Both the position numbers and the translations under genes were made by a program. Below are positions 10,524-20,670 of a DNA stretch of 64,000 bases, one piece after another. The notes under the pieces were generated by a model. That model was not told the DNA's origin. It was given only the letters and a program-made list of their open reading frames with translations, and made no database searches. Every line of letters starts with the position of its first letter. Within the stretch, counting starts at the first letter, position 1. The DNA is from an uncultured bacterium (GTDB taxonomy: Bacteria; Actinomycetota; Acidimicrobiia; Spongiisociales; UBA5794), in contig CAWDDT010000004.1 in assembly GCA_963801165.1 (NCBI GenBank), positions 480,001 through 544,000 on the forward strand, written 5' to 3'.

Positions 10524-11446
10524 GTGAGGTTCAGCTACTGGAGCACTGCCGGGGATCCGTCGGTCGAGTTGCGCGGGATCGCCGCTACGTCGAGCAAACC
10601 GGGTGGGATGGATTCTGGATCGGCGACCACTTCATGCCTCCGCCCGGCGGCTTCGGGGATTCTCCCGGTGATCGATCCGGGGAACTGCGAGAACGCATGA
10701 GGCATGGACTGTTCTCGCCGGGCTGGCGGCGTTGATCCCGCGCATCCGGATCGGGCCGCTGGTGAGTGGAATACTTACCGTAACCCATGCGTGCTGGCGA
10801 AGATGGCGGCGACGGTGGACCACATCTCAGGGGGCCGCGCGGTGCTCGGGCTAGGGGCCGGCTGGCAGGAGAACGAACATGTCGCGTACGGCATCGAGTT
10901 CCCGCCTTTGGGGGAACGGATGGACTGTCTCGAGGAGGCGGCTGCCATCATCAAGGGCCTCTTTGCCGACGAGAGGACCGATTTTGCAGGCCGTCACTAT
11001 GAAGTCATTGCAGCGCCGCTGGCTCCCAAGCCGATCCAGTCTCCATTGCCGTTGCTGATTGGCGGAGGGTGAGAAGCGAACCTTGCGGATAGTGGCCGAA
11101 TACGCCGACGAATGGAACGTGTGGGGTACGCCTGAGATCGTGCGAAGGAAGATGGACATTCTAGATCGTCACTGTGCAGAGGTTGGGCGAGACCCTGCCG
11201 AGATCCAGCGTTCGTCTACCGCTCTCGTCTTCTTGACGTCGGACCGGCTACGTTGCGAGCCCTGCGGGCCAACCCGCCCGCACGGCCGAGTCTCATCGGT
11301 ACCGCCGATGAGATCGTGGCGCGGATCGCCGAGTACGGCGAGCTTGGGGTCGACGAGGTGATCGTGCCCGGATTCAACGTCCCGGTGTCGCGGCGCCGAG
11401 AATTCTCGATGAATTCAGGTCCGAGGTTGCGGCACCACTCCGCTGA
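10524..11446 (+). CDS. LLM-class F420-dependent oxidoreductase, frameshifted
   Basis: Pieces GWDGFWIGDHFMP, NTYRNPCVLAKMAATVDHISGGRAVLGLGAGW, LLIGGG/EKRTLRIVAEYADEWN lie in different frames. Confidence 0.75.
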
Positions 11447-11572
11447 GGTCTGCGATGCAAGGATCTCGGACCGCGGAGACTCGCGCCGATCTCCGAGAAC
11501 TGGGTTGACGAAGACCCCGGGCCGCTTGGCTTGGCCGGGCAGTTTCCCGCAAGCTGCGCCCGTCCCGGCGTC

Positions 11573-11626
11573 CCCGTGGTTCGGATCGGCCCCGTGTTCC
11601 GGACCGGCCCCGTGTTCCGGACCGGC
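11573..11626. repeat. 3 x 18-bp tandem repeat (CCCGTGTTCCGGACCGGC)
   Basis: Two identical copies and one degenerate copy, intergenic. Confidence 0.75.
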
Positions 11627-11654
11627 ACGAGCCCATCGGTATGCACCCTCGGTA

Positions 11655-11679
11655 GGCAACTTCTCAGACATCTGATAGG
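11655..11679. promoter_or_regulatory. Operator copy 3 (GGCAACTTCTCAGACATCTGATAGG)
   Basis: Near-identical to 3760-3784; upstream of the acyl-CoA ligase operon. Confidence 0.7.
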
Positions 11680-11739
11680 CTAGGGGAAGTTCGCAACTAT
11701 GGTCATCCAACCTCGGCGAAACCACACTGGAGGTACCTC

Positions 11740-13185
11740 TTGGACATCGTGACAGTCTTTCGGCGATCGGCGGGCCGCTACCCGGACCGGTGTTTCGTCT
11801 TCGACGCGAATGGCGCCGTTACCTATGGCGAAGCCGAAGCGCGTACCGACGCCATCGCTGCCGAATTGGTCACCCACGGCGTTCCCGCCGGTAGCCCACT
11901 CGGACTCTGTAGCCCGGATCGGGTGTCACTGTGGCTAGCGATCATCGGGGCGTGGAAGGCCGGGGTTCTCCCGGCGTTGATCGATGCGAGAACAGTCCGG
12001 AGGACCTGCCTTTCTTCGTCGAGGATATCGACGCTTCACTGGTGGCCGCCGCCTCCGAACTCCACGATGGGCTTTCCGCTGCCGGGGCCACCGACCTGGT
12101 AGACCTCGACTCCCTCGGAACCGGCGGTGCCGGTGTCGCGGTGGATGCCCATGGTCCCGAGGCACCTTTGTACCTCTCCTACACGTCGGGGACGACCGGC
12201 GCCCCCAAAGGTGTCGTTCTCCTTTCGGAACCGGTGACCCTCGGCACCGCGGTATCGCCGATCGGCTGGATTGACGAAAGACGACGTTCTCATCGCTGCA
12301 ACACCGACTTCGAGCAGCTTCCAGCTTGTGCCGCGATGATCCCCGTGGTTCACGTGGGTGCGTCGATCGGGTTGGCGGACAGAAGCACGACCGATGGCAT
12401 CTGGGCGATGGCCTCGCGAGCCGCCGCGACCGTACTGGTTGCGTATCCGTTGACCCTGGCGGATGTGGTGAACGCACACAGGCGCTCTCGGCTCGTCATC
12501 CTTCCGGCTCGCCATGTCCGGTGGCTCACCGTTGGCGCCCCGGATCAAGCGTGAGTATCGGAATCGGCTCGGCATCGATCTCGTGGAGAGCTACGGCCAG
12601 AGCGAGATCGGCGGCTTCATGGCCATGGGCAGCCCCAACGACGGAGAGCGCAGCCTCACAGGATACGCGGGTCGGCCGCTCCCGGATCGTCCCACCTACA
12701 TCGGGGCCTCGTCGGGCGACGAATTGCCGTTTGGGGAGGTTGGCGAGGCGCTGGTCCCAGATGGGTATTTCTCTCACTACAAGGATGCGCCCGACAGAAC
12801 CGCCGAGACTCTCGCCGGCGGCGTGCTCCATACCGGAGACCTAGCGGTTTCAGATCCGGGTGGCTACTTGAAAGTGCTGGGCCGGACGGGCGAAGCCGAT
12901 GCTGCAAAGCGTCGGGGCGGATTCCTACGGCAAGTCGAAGACGCCTACTACGAGCACGACGACATCCTGCATGCAGCGGTTGTTGAGGGCAGCGGCGGTG
13001 AGGTCGAGGCGTTCGTTGAGCTGCTGGTAGGTCACGTGGCAACGGCTGCAGACATCGAACAGAAGGTGTGCGCCGACCTTCCTGCGGAGCTCGTGCCACG
13101 CCGGACCACGATTCTCAAAGCGATGCCGCGTACCTTCAGCGGCAAGGCGGACCGAGCCGGGTTGTCGGCAATTATTCACGAATAG
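11740..13185 (+). CDS. AMP-binding acyl-CoA synthetase family protein, frameshifted
   Basis: YTSGTTGAPKGV, ESYGQSE, LHTGDL, PRTFSGK across ORFs 11740-12102, 11931-12554, 12514-13185; RBS GGAGG before TTG. Confidence 0.8.
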
Positions 13186-13213
13186 CGAACCCTACGAGTA
13201 GTGGAGGTAAGGA

Positions 13214-13860
13214 ATGAGCGATCTCACAGTCAGATTCCGCGAGCGTACACAGGTGTCGTCGCAGACGTTCTCGACGGCAGAGGTCATCGGAATCAGGTCC
13301 TTCCGCGGCGGATCGCTCCGATGGCAGAGGGCTTGAAGATAGCCGGGCCGGCCTTTCCCGGCAGGGGGGAGCCGACCGACGACCCGACGCAGGACGATAG
13401 CTTGCGGCGGCTCGCCATGCTCGAGAGCGTTCCGGCCGGGTCGGTGTCGGTATGGGACTGCGGCGGCCATGAGGGAGCGGCGCATTGGGGCGAGATCATG
13501 TCCCGTGCCGTCATGGAGCGGGGATGCGTCGGTGCGGTGGTCGACGGCGGGCTTCGTGACAGCGACTTCGTGACCGAGATCGGCTTCCCGGTGTTTTCCG
13601 CGTTTCGATCGGCGGCATCGTCGATAGGTCGATGGAACATAGTGGAATGGAACCAGGAGATCACAGTGGGATCGACCCTCGTACGACCCGGCGACTGGGT
13701 CTTCGGAGACGTCGACGGAGTTGTGATCATCCCGGCCGACCTGGTTGAGGACGTTCTGGCCGAGGCCGAGGAGCGTGCTGGAGCGGAAGCGCAAATGCGC
13801 GCCGAGCTCGCCACTGGCGCCTTGCCCAGTGAGGTCTACGCCCGCCTCGGCACCTTCTAG
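13214..13860 (+). CDS. RraA/HMG-CHA aldolase family protein
   Basis: TGVVADVLD, AHWGEIM, VVDGGLRD, PGDWVFGDVDGVV; likely ATG 13214 with a frameshift near 13240. Confidence 0.85.
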
Positions 13861-13964
13861 CGAGGCGAGGTGAGCCAGAACCCTGAGGCCCGTCAGGATC
13901 AACACCGACAATCACCCCCTGGTCAACCGGCACCATCCACCCTGGCCGGACTGGAGCAGAAGCT

Positions 13965-15094
13965 ATGAACACAATCGAACGTGCTGTTGTGCTCGGCAGT
14001 GGCGCCGGCGCTCTCACCATCGCTGCCGAGCTCGGATTGGGAGGCGCCGCGGTCACCCTCGCCGACCTCCCGCAATTCGGTGATCGGCTCGAACCGGTCG
14101 AGGCGGCCGGCGGTGTCAAGATCGCGTATCGCGACCTACCCGAGCTTGGCGTGCAACATGCCCCGATCGCGGCCACTTCAGTTGACGTCAAAGGCGCGAT
14201 TGCCGGTTCACCGCTGGTTATCGTTTCGGTTCCATCATTCGGTCACAGGCCGTTCGCCGAGCTCCTCGCACCGACTCTCGAGGATGGACAGACGTTGATG
14301 TGGGTTGGCGAGGGCGGTGGCGCCTTCGCAACAGTTGCCGCGCTGCGAAAGATCGGAAGTCGTCCGGCGATCCTGCTTGCTGAAACGAACACACTGCCTT
14401 ACAACGGTTCGTTGGTCAATGGACCGGGCAGCGTGACTACGGTTCACAAGATCGGGGAACTTACGTGGCCGGACTTCCCGCTCGCCTCACCCAAGAGGTC
14501 GCACACACGGCGTCGCAGATCTGGCCCTGGTCCGCGGCTGCGACCAATGCCTGGGAAACGGTGCTGATCAACTACAACGCCATTGACCACGTTGCGACTG
14601 TGGTGGCGAATCTGGGCAGCCTGCAGAGTCGGTCCGATACGATGTTGCTGTGGGGCGAGGGAGCCTCGGTTGGGGTAGCCAACTTGATTCATGCAGTCGA
14701 CGGTGACTACCTGGCGCTGCGCGCCGCCTTGGACCTCCCGACCGAATTGCGATATCACGACTTTCTCATCCGCCAGGGTGTCGCCGCCAAGAAGGCGGAG
14801 ACGCTCTACGAGACTATCCACGCCAGCGATCTGGCCAAGGCCCGGTTCCAGTGCGGTCCCGAAGCGCTCGAGCATCGCTATATCGCAGAAGACGTGCCCT
14901 ACTCGTTGGTGCTTGCTTCATCGATCGCCGCCGAACTGGACGTCGCGGTACCGACAATCGATGGTCTGATTGCGATAGTGTCGGCGGCCGCCGGAAAGGA
15001 CTACCGAGCCAGCGGGCGCACCTTGGCAGACTGGGGATTGGAGGGTGTTGGACGCGACGGCCTGCTTCGCGCAGCCGTCGATGGGTGGTGGTAG
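13965..15094 (+). CDS. NAD/NADP octopine/opine dehydrogenase family protein (one frameshift ~14455)
   Basis: VLGSGAGA Rossmann motif, AETNTLPY, HRYIAEDVPYSL, GRTLADWG. Confidence 0.8.
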
Positions 15095-15158
15095 CGCCGC
15101 CAGATTGCCCAGATGCAGACGGACCGGATAGGAACGGCAGAGGACCGGAGTTAGATCT

Positions 15159-17393
15159 ATGACAACCGAGAGTGTCACGACACCAACAAGAACTCGTTAC
15201 GTCGGCCGTTCGGTGCCGTCGCGGAGCGCGGATGTTGTGGTTACCGGGGAGCTGGAGTATCTAACCGACATCTCCCTTCCCGGCATGCTCTATGGCAGAG
15301 TCATTCGTGCCAAGGTAGCCCACGGTCGTCTTCTGGGACTCGAGACGGAGGCGGCCCGGCAAGTACCCGGTGTGGTTGCGGTGCTGACCGCCGCAGACGT
15401 TCCCAACAACGTCTCGGGAGCGATTGTGGTTGACCAGCCGGTCCTGGTCGACGGCCTGATCCGCCATTCGGCGATGCCGTCGCGCTCGTTGCGGCCGATA
15501 CACCTGCAGCGGCGGAGGCTGCCGCTGCCGCGATCGAACTCCACGTAAGGCCATCACCCCCATCACCGACCCCGTTCAGGCGTTGCAGGCGTCGGCACCG
15601 TCGCTCCATGAAAACGGGAATCTTCTGCTCGAGCTGAATCACCAACGGGGTGACGTCGAGGCAGCGCTGGCGGCGGCGGCAGTGGTCGTCGTGCGCACGT
15701 TCCAGACCCAGGTCCAGGAGCACGTATGCCTCGAGCCGGGTGGCGGCGTCGGCGCGGACCAGAACGGTCAATTCACTATCTGGGTGGGTACCCAACTTCC
15801 CGGTAATGCGCAGCATGAGGTGGCCAGAGCACTACAGGTCGAGATCGAAGACGTGCGCATAATCTCGACCCCTATCGGCGGCTCGTTTGGGAGCAAGAGC
15901 GAGGGCCCATTTCCCATCTTTCTCGCCCTGCTGGCCAAGGCGACGGGGCGGCCGGTGCGCATCGTCCTCACACGTGAAGAAGTGATGGCCGTAGGCGCAA
16001 AACGCCACCCATTCCGGGTGCATTTCGCCTGGGACTCAATGAGGAAGGGGCAATCGTCGTGCTCGACACAGACGCCGTCGTCGATGCGGGGCCCTATGCG
16101 GGCTTCACTCCTGCGGTGCTGGGTGTGGCCGCCGAGGCTTCCTCGGGGACCTATTCCATGCCGAACGCCCGTTTCCGTGGTCGCGCTGTCTACACGAACA
16201 ACAGCAACGGCGGGGCGTTCCGTGGCTACGGTGTCCCTCAGATGACGTTCCCCCTGGAGAGCTCTCTCCTCGAGGCGGCGGAACGGCTGGGGCTCGACCC
16301 GGCGGAGGTCAGAAGACGCAACATGCTTCACCCGGGTGATGCGCACGCCCTCTATGGTCACACGATCGGGCCGAGCTTCCGCGGCGCGGAGGCACTCGAC
16401 GCTATCGTCGCTCATCCGTGGTGGCAAGACCGGGTCGCATGGAAGGAACAGGCCGCCGATCCGTGGAGGCGCGGTACCGGAATTGCGGCCGCACTGAAAG
16501 GCTGCGGATACGGCAGCGGCAAGGGAGACCGTGCCGGAGCACGACTTCAGATCGGTGTCGACGGGTCGATCACGATCTGGGCCGGCCCGAACCACTCGGG
16601 TCAGTTTGTCGAGACCGCATACGCCCAGGTTGCCGCCGATGCTCTGGGTCGGGACTATGACGAGGTCACCGTCGTCGTCGGGGATACGGAGTTGGTGCCA
16701 GAGTCGGGTGCCTGTGCGGCGTCCCGGAGCCTCTACGTGGGGGGCGGGGCCGTGTTGCGAGTCTGCGAGGAACTGAAAGCCCGGATCCGCGCCGGGGGGA
16801 TCGAAGGCCCGATCGACTGGCGAGAAGCTGGGGCGCTGACTGGGGGCGGCCGGTCAAGCGCTCGTCGAGGTCTATCACGACGCTCCAGACGTGACCGAAC
16901 TGGGCGAGATGGATCTCGAGGATGTGAAGCGTCTCAACCCGCATCGTGTCTTCTCCAGCGCGGTCCAGGTGGCGCGGTTGAAGTCAATCGATTCACCGGA
17001 CAAGTGGAGGTTCGCGGCATCGTCTGTGCCGTCGACTGCGGCGTAGCCGTCAATCCTGCAGGTGTGGTCGGCCAGACCGAAGGAGCGATGCTCCAGGGTA
17101 TGGGCTGGGCTCTGATGGAGGACTTCAAGCTCGAAGGCGGCGTGCCTCAGACCGGCTCGTTGGAGACATACTTGATTCCCACCGCAGGTGACGCGCCTTA
17201 TCTGGAGACGATCATCATCGAGGGAGGCGAGGAGACCGGACCGTTTGGCGCCAAGGGCATCGCAGAGGTTGTCCTGGTACCGACGGCTCCAGCGATCACG
17301 GCCGCCATTCGCGATGCTGTCGGTGTGACGGTAGACCGGCTACCGGCGAGCCCGGAGCGGGTCTACCGGCTCATGGAAGGGTTGGAATTGTGA
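15159..17393 (+). CDS. Xanthine dehydrogenase family molybdopterin-binding subunit, frameshifted
   Basis: QEHVCLEP, GGSFGSK, AFRGYGVPQ, GPFGAKGIAE across three ORFs. Confidence 0.82.
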
Positions 17394-17827
17394 AAGTCAA
17401 CGGACGCGACGTCACGCCAACCGACCCGGCGCTGCGACTGCTGGACTACCTGCGCGACACGCTCGAGCTCACCGGGGCCAAGGAGGGATGCGGCATGGGT
17501 GAGTGTGGAGCGTGCACCGTCCTCGTGGATGGGATCCCCGTGTGCTCGTGCCTGGTCCTTGTCGGCCAGGTTGCCGACGTGGCAGTGGTGACGGTCGAGG
17601 GCCTGGCGGACGCCGAGGGTCTTCACCCCGTCCAGCAGGCGATCGTCGACCATCTCGCCAGCCAATGTGGGTACTGCACGCCCGGTGTCGTCGTGTCTGT
17701 TGCTGCGTTGCTCGCTCGCGGGCCGTGGCCGGATGATGAGGCGATGCGGGAGGCGCTTGCGGGCAATCTCTGCCGCTGCACCGGCTACCAGGCGATCTTT
17801 CGTGCGATCGCCGCGTTGGGAGAGTGA
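17390..17827 (+). CDS. XDH-family (2Fe-2S) subunit
   Basis: GAKEGCGMGECGACTV, QCGYCTPG, GNLCRCTGY. Confidence 0.92.
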   Translation: MKVNGRDVTPTDPALRLLDYLRDTLELTGAKEGCGMGECGACTVLVDGIPVCSCLVLVGQVADVAVVTVEGLADAEGLHPVQQAIVDHLASQCGYCTPGVVVSVAALLARGPWPDDEAMREALAGNLCRCTGYQAIFRAIAALGE

Positions 17828-18645
17828 CCATGGCAGAACTTCTCACCCCAAAGTCGTTGGCAGAGCTGAGGGCGGTCGCCGGAAGTGGACGGCTGATCGC
17901 CGGAGGGACGGATGTCATCGTTCAGATGCGGGCAGGTCGCCGCTTCACTCGCCTGATTGACATCAGCAACATCGGAGACCTCCCTCCTGCCGTCAAGGCG
18001 GATACCGGTCAGATCGAGCTGTCAGCGATGGCTCCGATCACTGCGGTCGTGGGCGAGTTGGGTGGCCAGTTGCCGGGGATCGCGGCGGCGGCGCGCGTCT
18101 TTGCCTCACTCCAGATCCGCAATCGGGCAACGATCGGCGGCAATCTGGCGAACGTGTCACCGGCAGGCGACATGATCCCACCTCTCGTTGCCGCTCACGC
18201 TCAAGTCGTGGCCGACGGTCCAGCGGGCCCGCACGCTATCGCGGTGGAAGATCTCGCAACCGGGCCGGGGCACACCGTGCTGAATCCAGATGAGTGGTTG
18301 TCGATCATTCGCCTTTCTCCTCCTCAGGGCGAGGAGGGCTTCATCAAGCTGGGCGGCCGAACCGCGACGGCGATATCCATTGTGAGCCTGGCGTGGCGCT
18401 GGCGGAGAACGGACGATGGATCGCTCGCCGGTGTGAGCCTTGCAGTGGGTGCGGTGGCTCCTACGGTCATCCGGGCACGACAGGCGGAGTCGGCGCTCGA
18501 AGGCAAGCAGCCAACGCCTGAGGTAGTAGCCGACGCGATCGAGGCTCTCAGGGCTGAGATCTCTCCGATCGATGACGTGCGCGCGAGCGCATCGTATCGC
18601 CGCCAGGTGGCGGGCGGCCTACTGCGACAGGCGCTCTCGAGATGA
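17824..18645 (+). CDS. XDH-family FAD-binding subunit
   Basis: IAGGTD, QIRNRATIGGN, SPIDDVRASASYR. Confidence 0.9.
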   Translation: MTMAELLTPKSLAELRAVAGSGRLIAGGTDVIVQMRAGRRFTRLIDISNIGDLPPAVKADTGQIELSAMAPITAVVGELGGQLPGIAAAARVFASLQIRNRATIGGNLANVSPAGDMIPPLVAAHAQVVADGPAGPHAIAVEDLATGPGHTVLNPDEWLSIIRLSPPQGEEGFIKLGGRTATAISIVSLAWRWRRTDDGSLAGVSLAVGAVAPTVIRARQAESALEGKQPTPEVVADAIEALRAEISPIDDVRASASYRRQVAGGLLRQALSR

Positions 18646-19677
18646 TCGCGATGAACCCGACGGCAACCGGGCGCCGCGGGATTCCGGCGGTGGCCCTGGT
18701 TGCCCTGGCCGCTGCGCTCTGGGGCACGGATGGTGTTTTCCGATTCTGGCTGGCCGTCGAGATGCCCGCGACCGTGGTTGTGCTTCTCGAACATGTCGTC
18801 CTCGTACTCATGACTCTCCCGTTCTTGATTCGCGTAGGGCCGGCGTTGCGGCGGCTGAACGCTGGGGATTGGGTTTCCGTGATCCTGGTTGGCGCGGGCG
18901 CGGTCGGTACTCGGCACCGTGCTGTTCACAATGGCTTTCTCCTACGGAGACCCGAATACACCTCTGCTTCTGCAGAAACTACAGCCCGCGTTTGCCGTGT
19001 TGGCTGCCGCCCTCATCCTCGGCGAACGGCTGACCAGCCACTACTGGCGCTATTTTGCGTTCGGGATTGGGGGCGCCTATCTGATCAGCTTCCCCGACCT
19101 CACTCCGAGTTCGGTTGACCAGGCCGCACCGGCCCTGCTGGCACTCGGAGCCGCAGGACTCTGGGGCCTGGGGACTGTCCTGGGGCGCCGCCTCACCGAG
19201 AAGGTGCCTTTCGCCCAACTCACCGCACTGCGGTTCGGCATCGGTATGCCCGTGGCTGCGATTGCAGTGGCGCTTCGCGGAGAGTGGCCTCGCCTCACGG
19301 AGGTCACGCCCGCAGAGATCTGGGGCGTCGCGGGCTTGGCATTGGTTCCTGGTTTCCTCGCCATCATGCTCTACTACCGCGGTCTCGGTGGGACCCCTGC
19401 CTCGACTGCAACGCTCGCCGAGTTGGCTTTTCCGGTCAGCGCTCTTCTCCTCAATTGGCTGGTTCTCGGCAGTACCCTCGAGGTCGGTCAGGTGGTGGGG
19501 GTGGTGGTCCTCGTTGCGACGATCACGGCAATGGGTTTGGCCCAAGCGAGATCACCGATCCGGCTGGGAGTGCGGGTGAAGAGAATGGCGGCGACAGAGG
19601 GCGAGCTGATCGGGGCTCGCGGATCTGGCCAAGTGTCCGACGAGTTGTTGAGAACACGAGATTCGATGGAGGCGTAG
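18642..19677 (+). CDS. DMT/EamA family transporter (one frameshift ~18900)
   Basis: About 10 TM helices; AAALWG, LLLQKLQP, ATLAELAFPV. Confidence 0.8.
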
Positions 19678-19683
19678 CACACC

Positions 19684-20670
19684 ATGAAGGTTGGAACAGC
19701 AGTTTGGCTCGATCGTCCGGCGCGAGACGCGGCACGCATAGCCGCGGCCGCGGAGCAGGCGGGGTTCGACGCCATGTGGGTGCCGGATCACTACTTCCTA
19801 CGCGACTCGTTTGTTGCTCTGGCGTTGGCGGCGGAGGCAACGTCCACCATCAAGCTTGGCACGGCAGTAGCGAGCCCGCTGCTGCGTCATCCTGCGCAGC
19901 TCGCCGGTTCCTTCGGAACCCTCCAAGAGGTATCCGAGGGCAGGGTGATTGTCGGGATCGGTCCCGGGGGAGCGGAGTTCGGTCGGCAACTCGGTCTGCC
20001 GATCAGACGACCGCTCAGCTTGATCGAGGAATCGGTCGAGATCATTCGCGGCCTCGGGAATGGCCCAATCAGCATGGCGGGGGATCATTTCGAAGTCTCA
20101 GGTGCCGAGCTCGGTTGGCGATGCCAACCGATGCCGGTGTATCTCGCAGCCAGGGGGCCCAAGATGCTGGAGCTCTCCGGCCGGATCGCAGATGGGATCT
20201 TCGCCCACGGGCTTGCTCCGAGCTGCGTGGAGTTCATTCAGGACCGGGTTGCCGCGGGGGAGGAAAGCGCCGGCCGCAAAGGCGCTTGCGAAATCAACTT
20301 CATGTTTGTCTATGAATACGACACGGATCGAGAGGCGGCGATCGATCGGCTGCGATCGAGTGTCACCTACATGGTGGCCGGCAACTACCCCGAGGAGCTG
20401 ATTCCGATATTCGGTCTGGACCCAGAAGAGGTTCTTCCGATTCGGGAGGTCGTTGCCAGAGGAGATCTCGATCGCGCTAACCAGATGATGACTCCGGAGA
20501 TGATCGAGGCATTCAACGTTGGGGGGCCGGAATCTGCTCTCATCGACCGGCTCCGCTTGTTGGCGGACCACGGTGTCGAAAGCGTGACGCTCCAGTTGGG
20601 TGGAGACACAGTCGAGGAGGCCATTGCCCGAACCGAACGCGTTGGACGAGCGATTGCGACGTTGGTATGA
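19684..20670 (+). CDS. LLM-class (Mer-like) oxidoreductase
   Basis: AEQAGFDAMWVPDH, LRHPA, YLAARGPKMLELSGRIADG. Confidence 0.87.
   Translation: MKVGTAVWLDRPARDAARIAAAAEQAGFDAMWVPDHYFLRDSFVALALAAEATSTIKLGTAVASPLLRHPAQLAGSFGTLQEVSEGRVIVGIGPGGAEFGRQLGLPIRRPLSLIEESVEIIRGLGNGPISMAGDHFEVSGAELGWRCQPMPVYLAARGPKMLELSGRIADGIFAHGLAPSCVEFIQDRVAAGEESAGRKGACEINFMFVYEYDTDREAAIDRLRSSVTYMVAGNYPEELIPIFGLDPEEVLPIREVVARGDLDRANQMMTPEMIEAFNVGGPESALIDRLRLLADHGVESVTLQLGGDTVEEAIARTERVGRAIATLV

Noticed and set aside
11060-11080. TGA at 11070-11072 as selenocysteine or readthrough in the LLM gene
   Set aside because: The conserved GGGEKR continues in another frame, so this is an indel in a G-run, not recoding
8200-18950. 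Programmed ribosomal frameshifting across the catabolic genes
   Set aside because: Too many shifts per gene and no recurring slippery site or stimulatory structure
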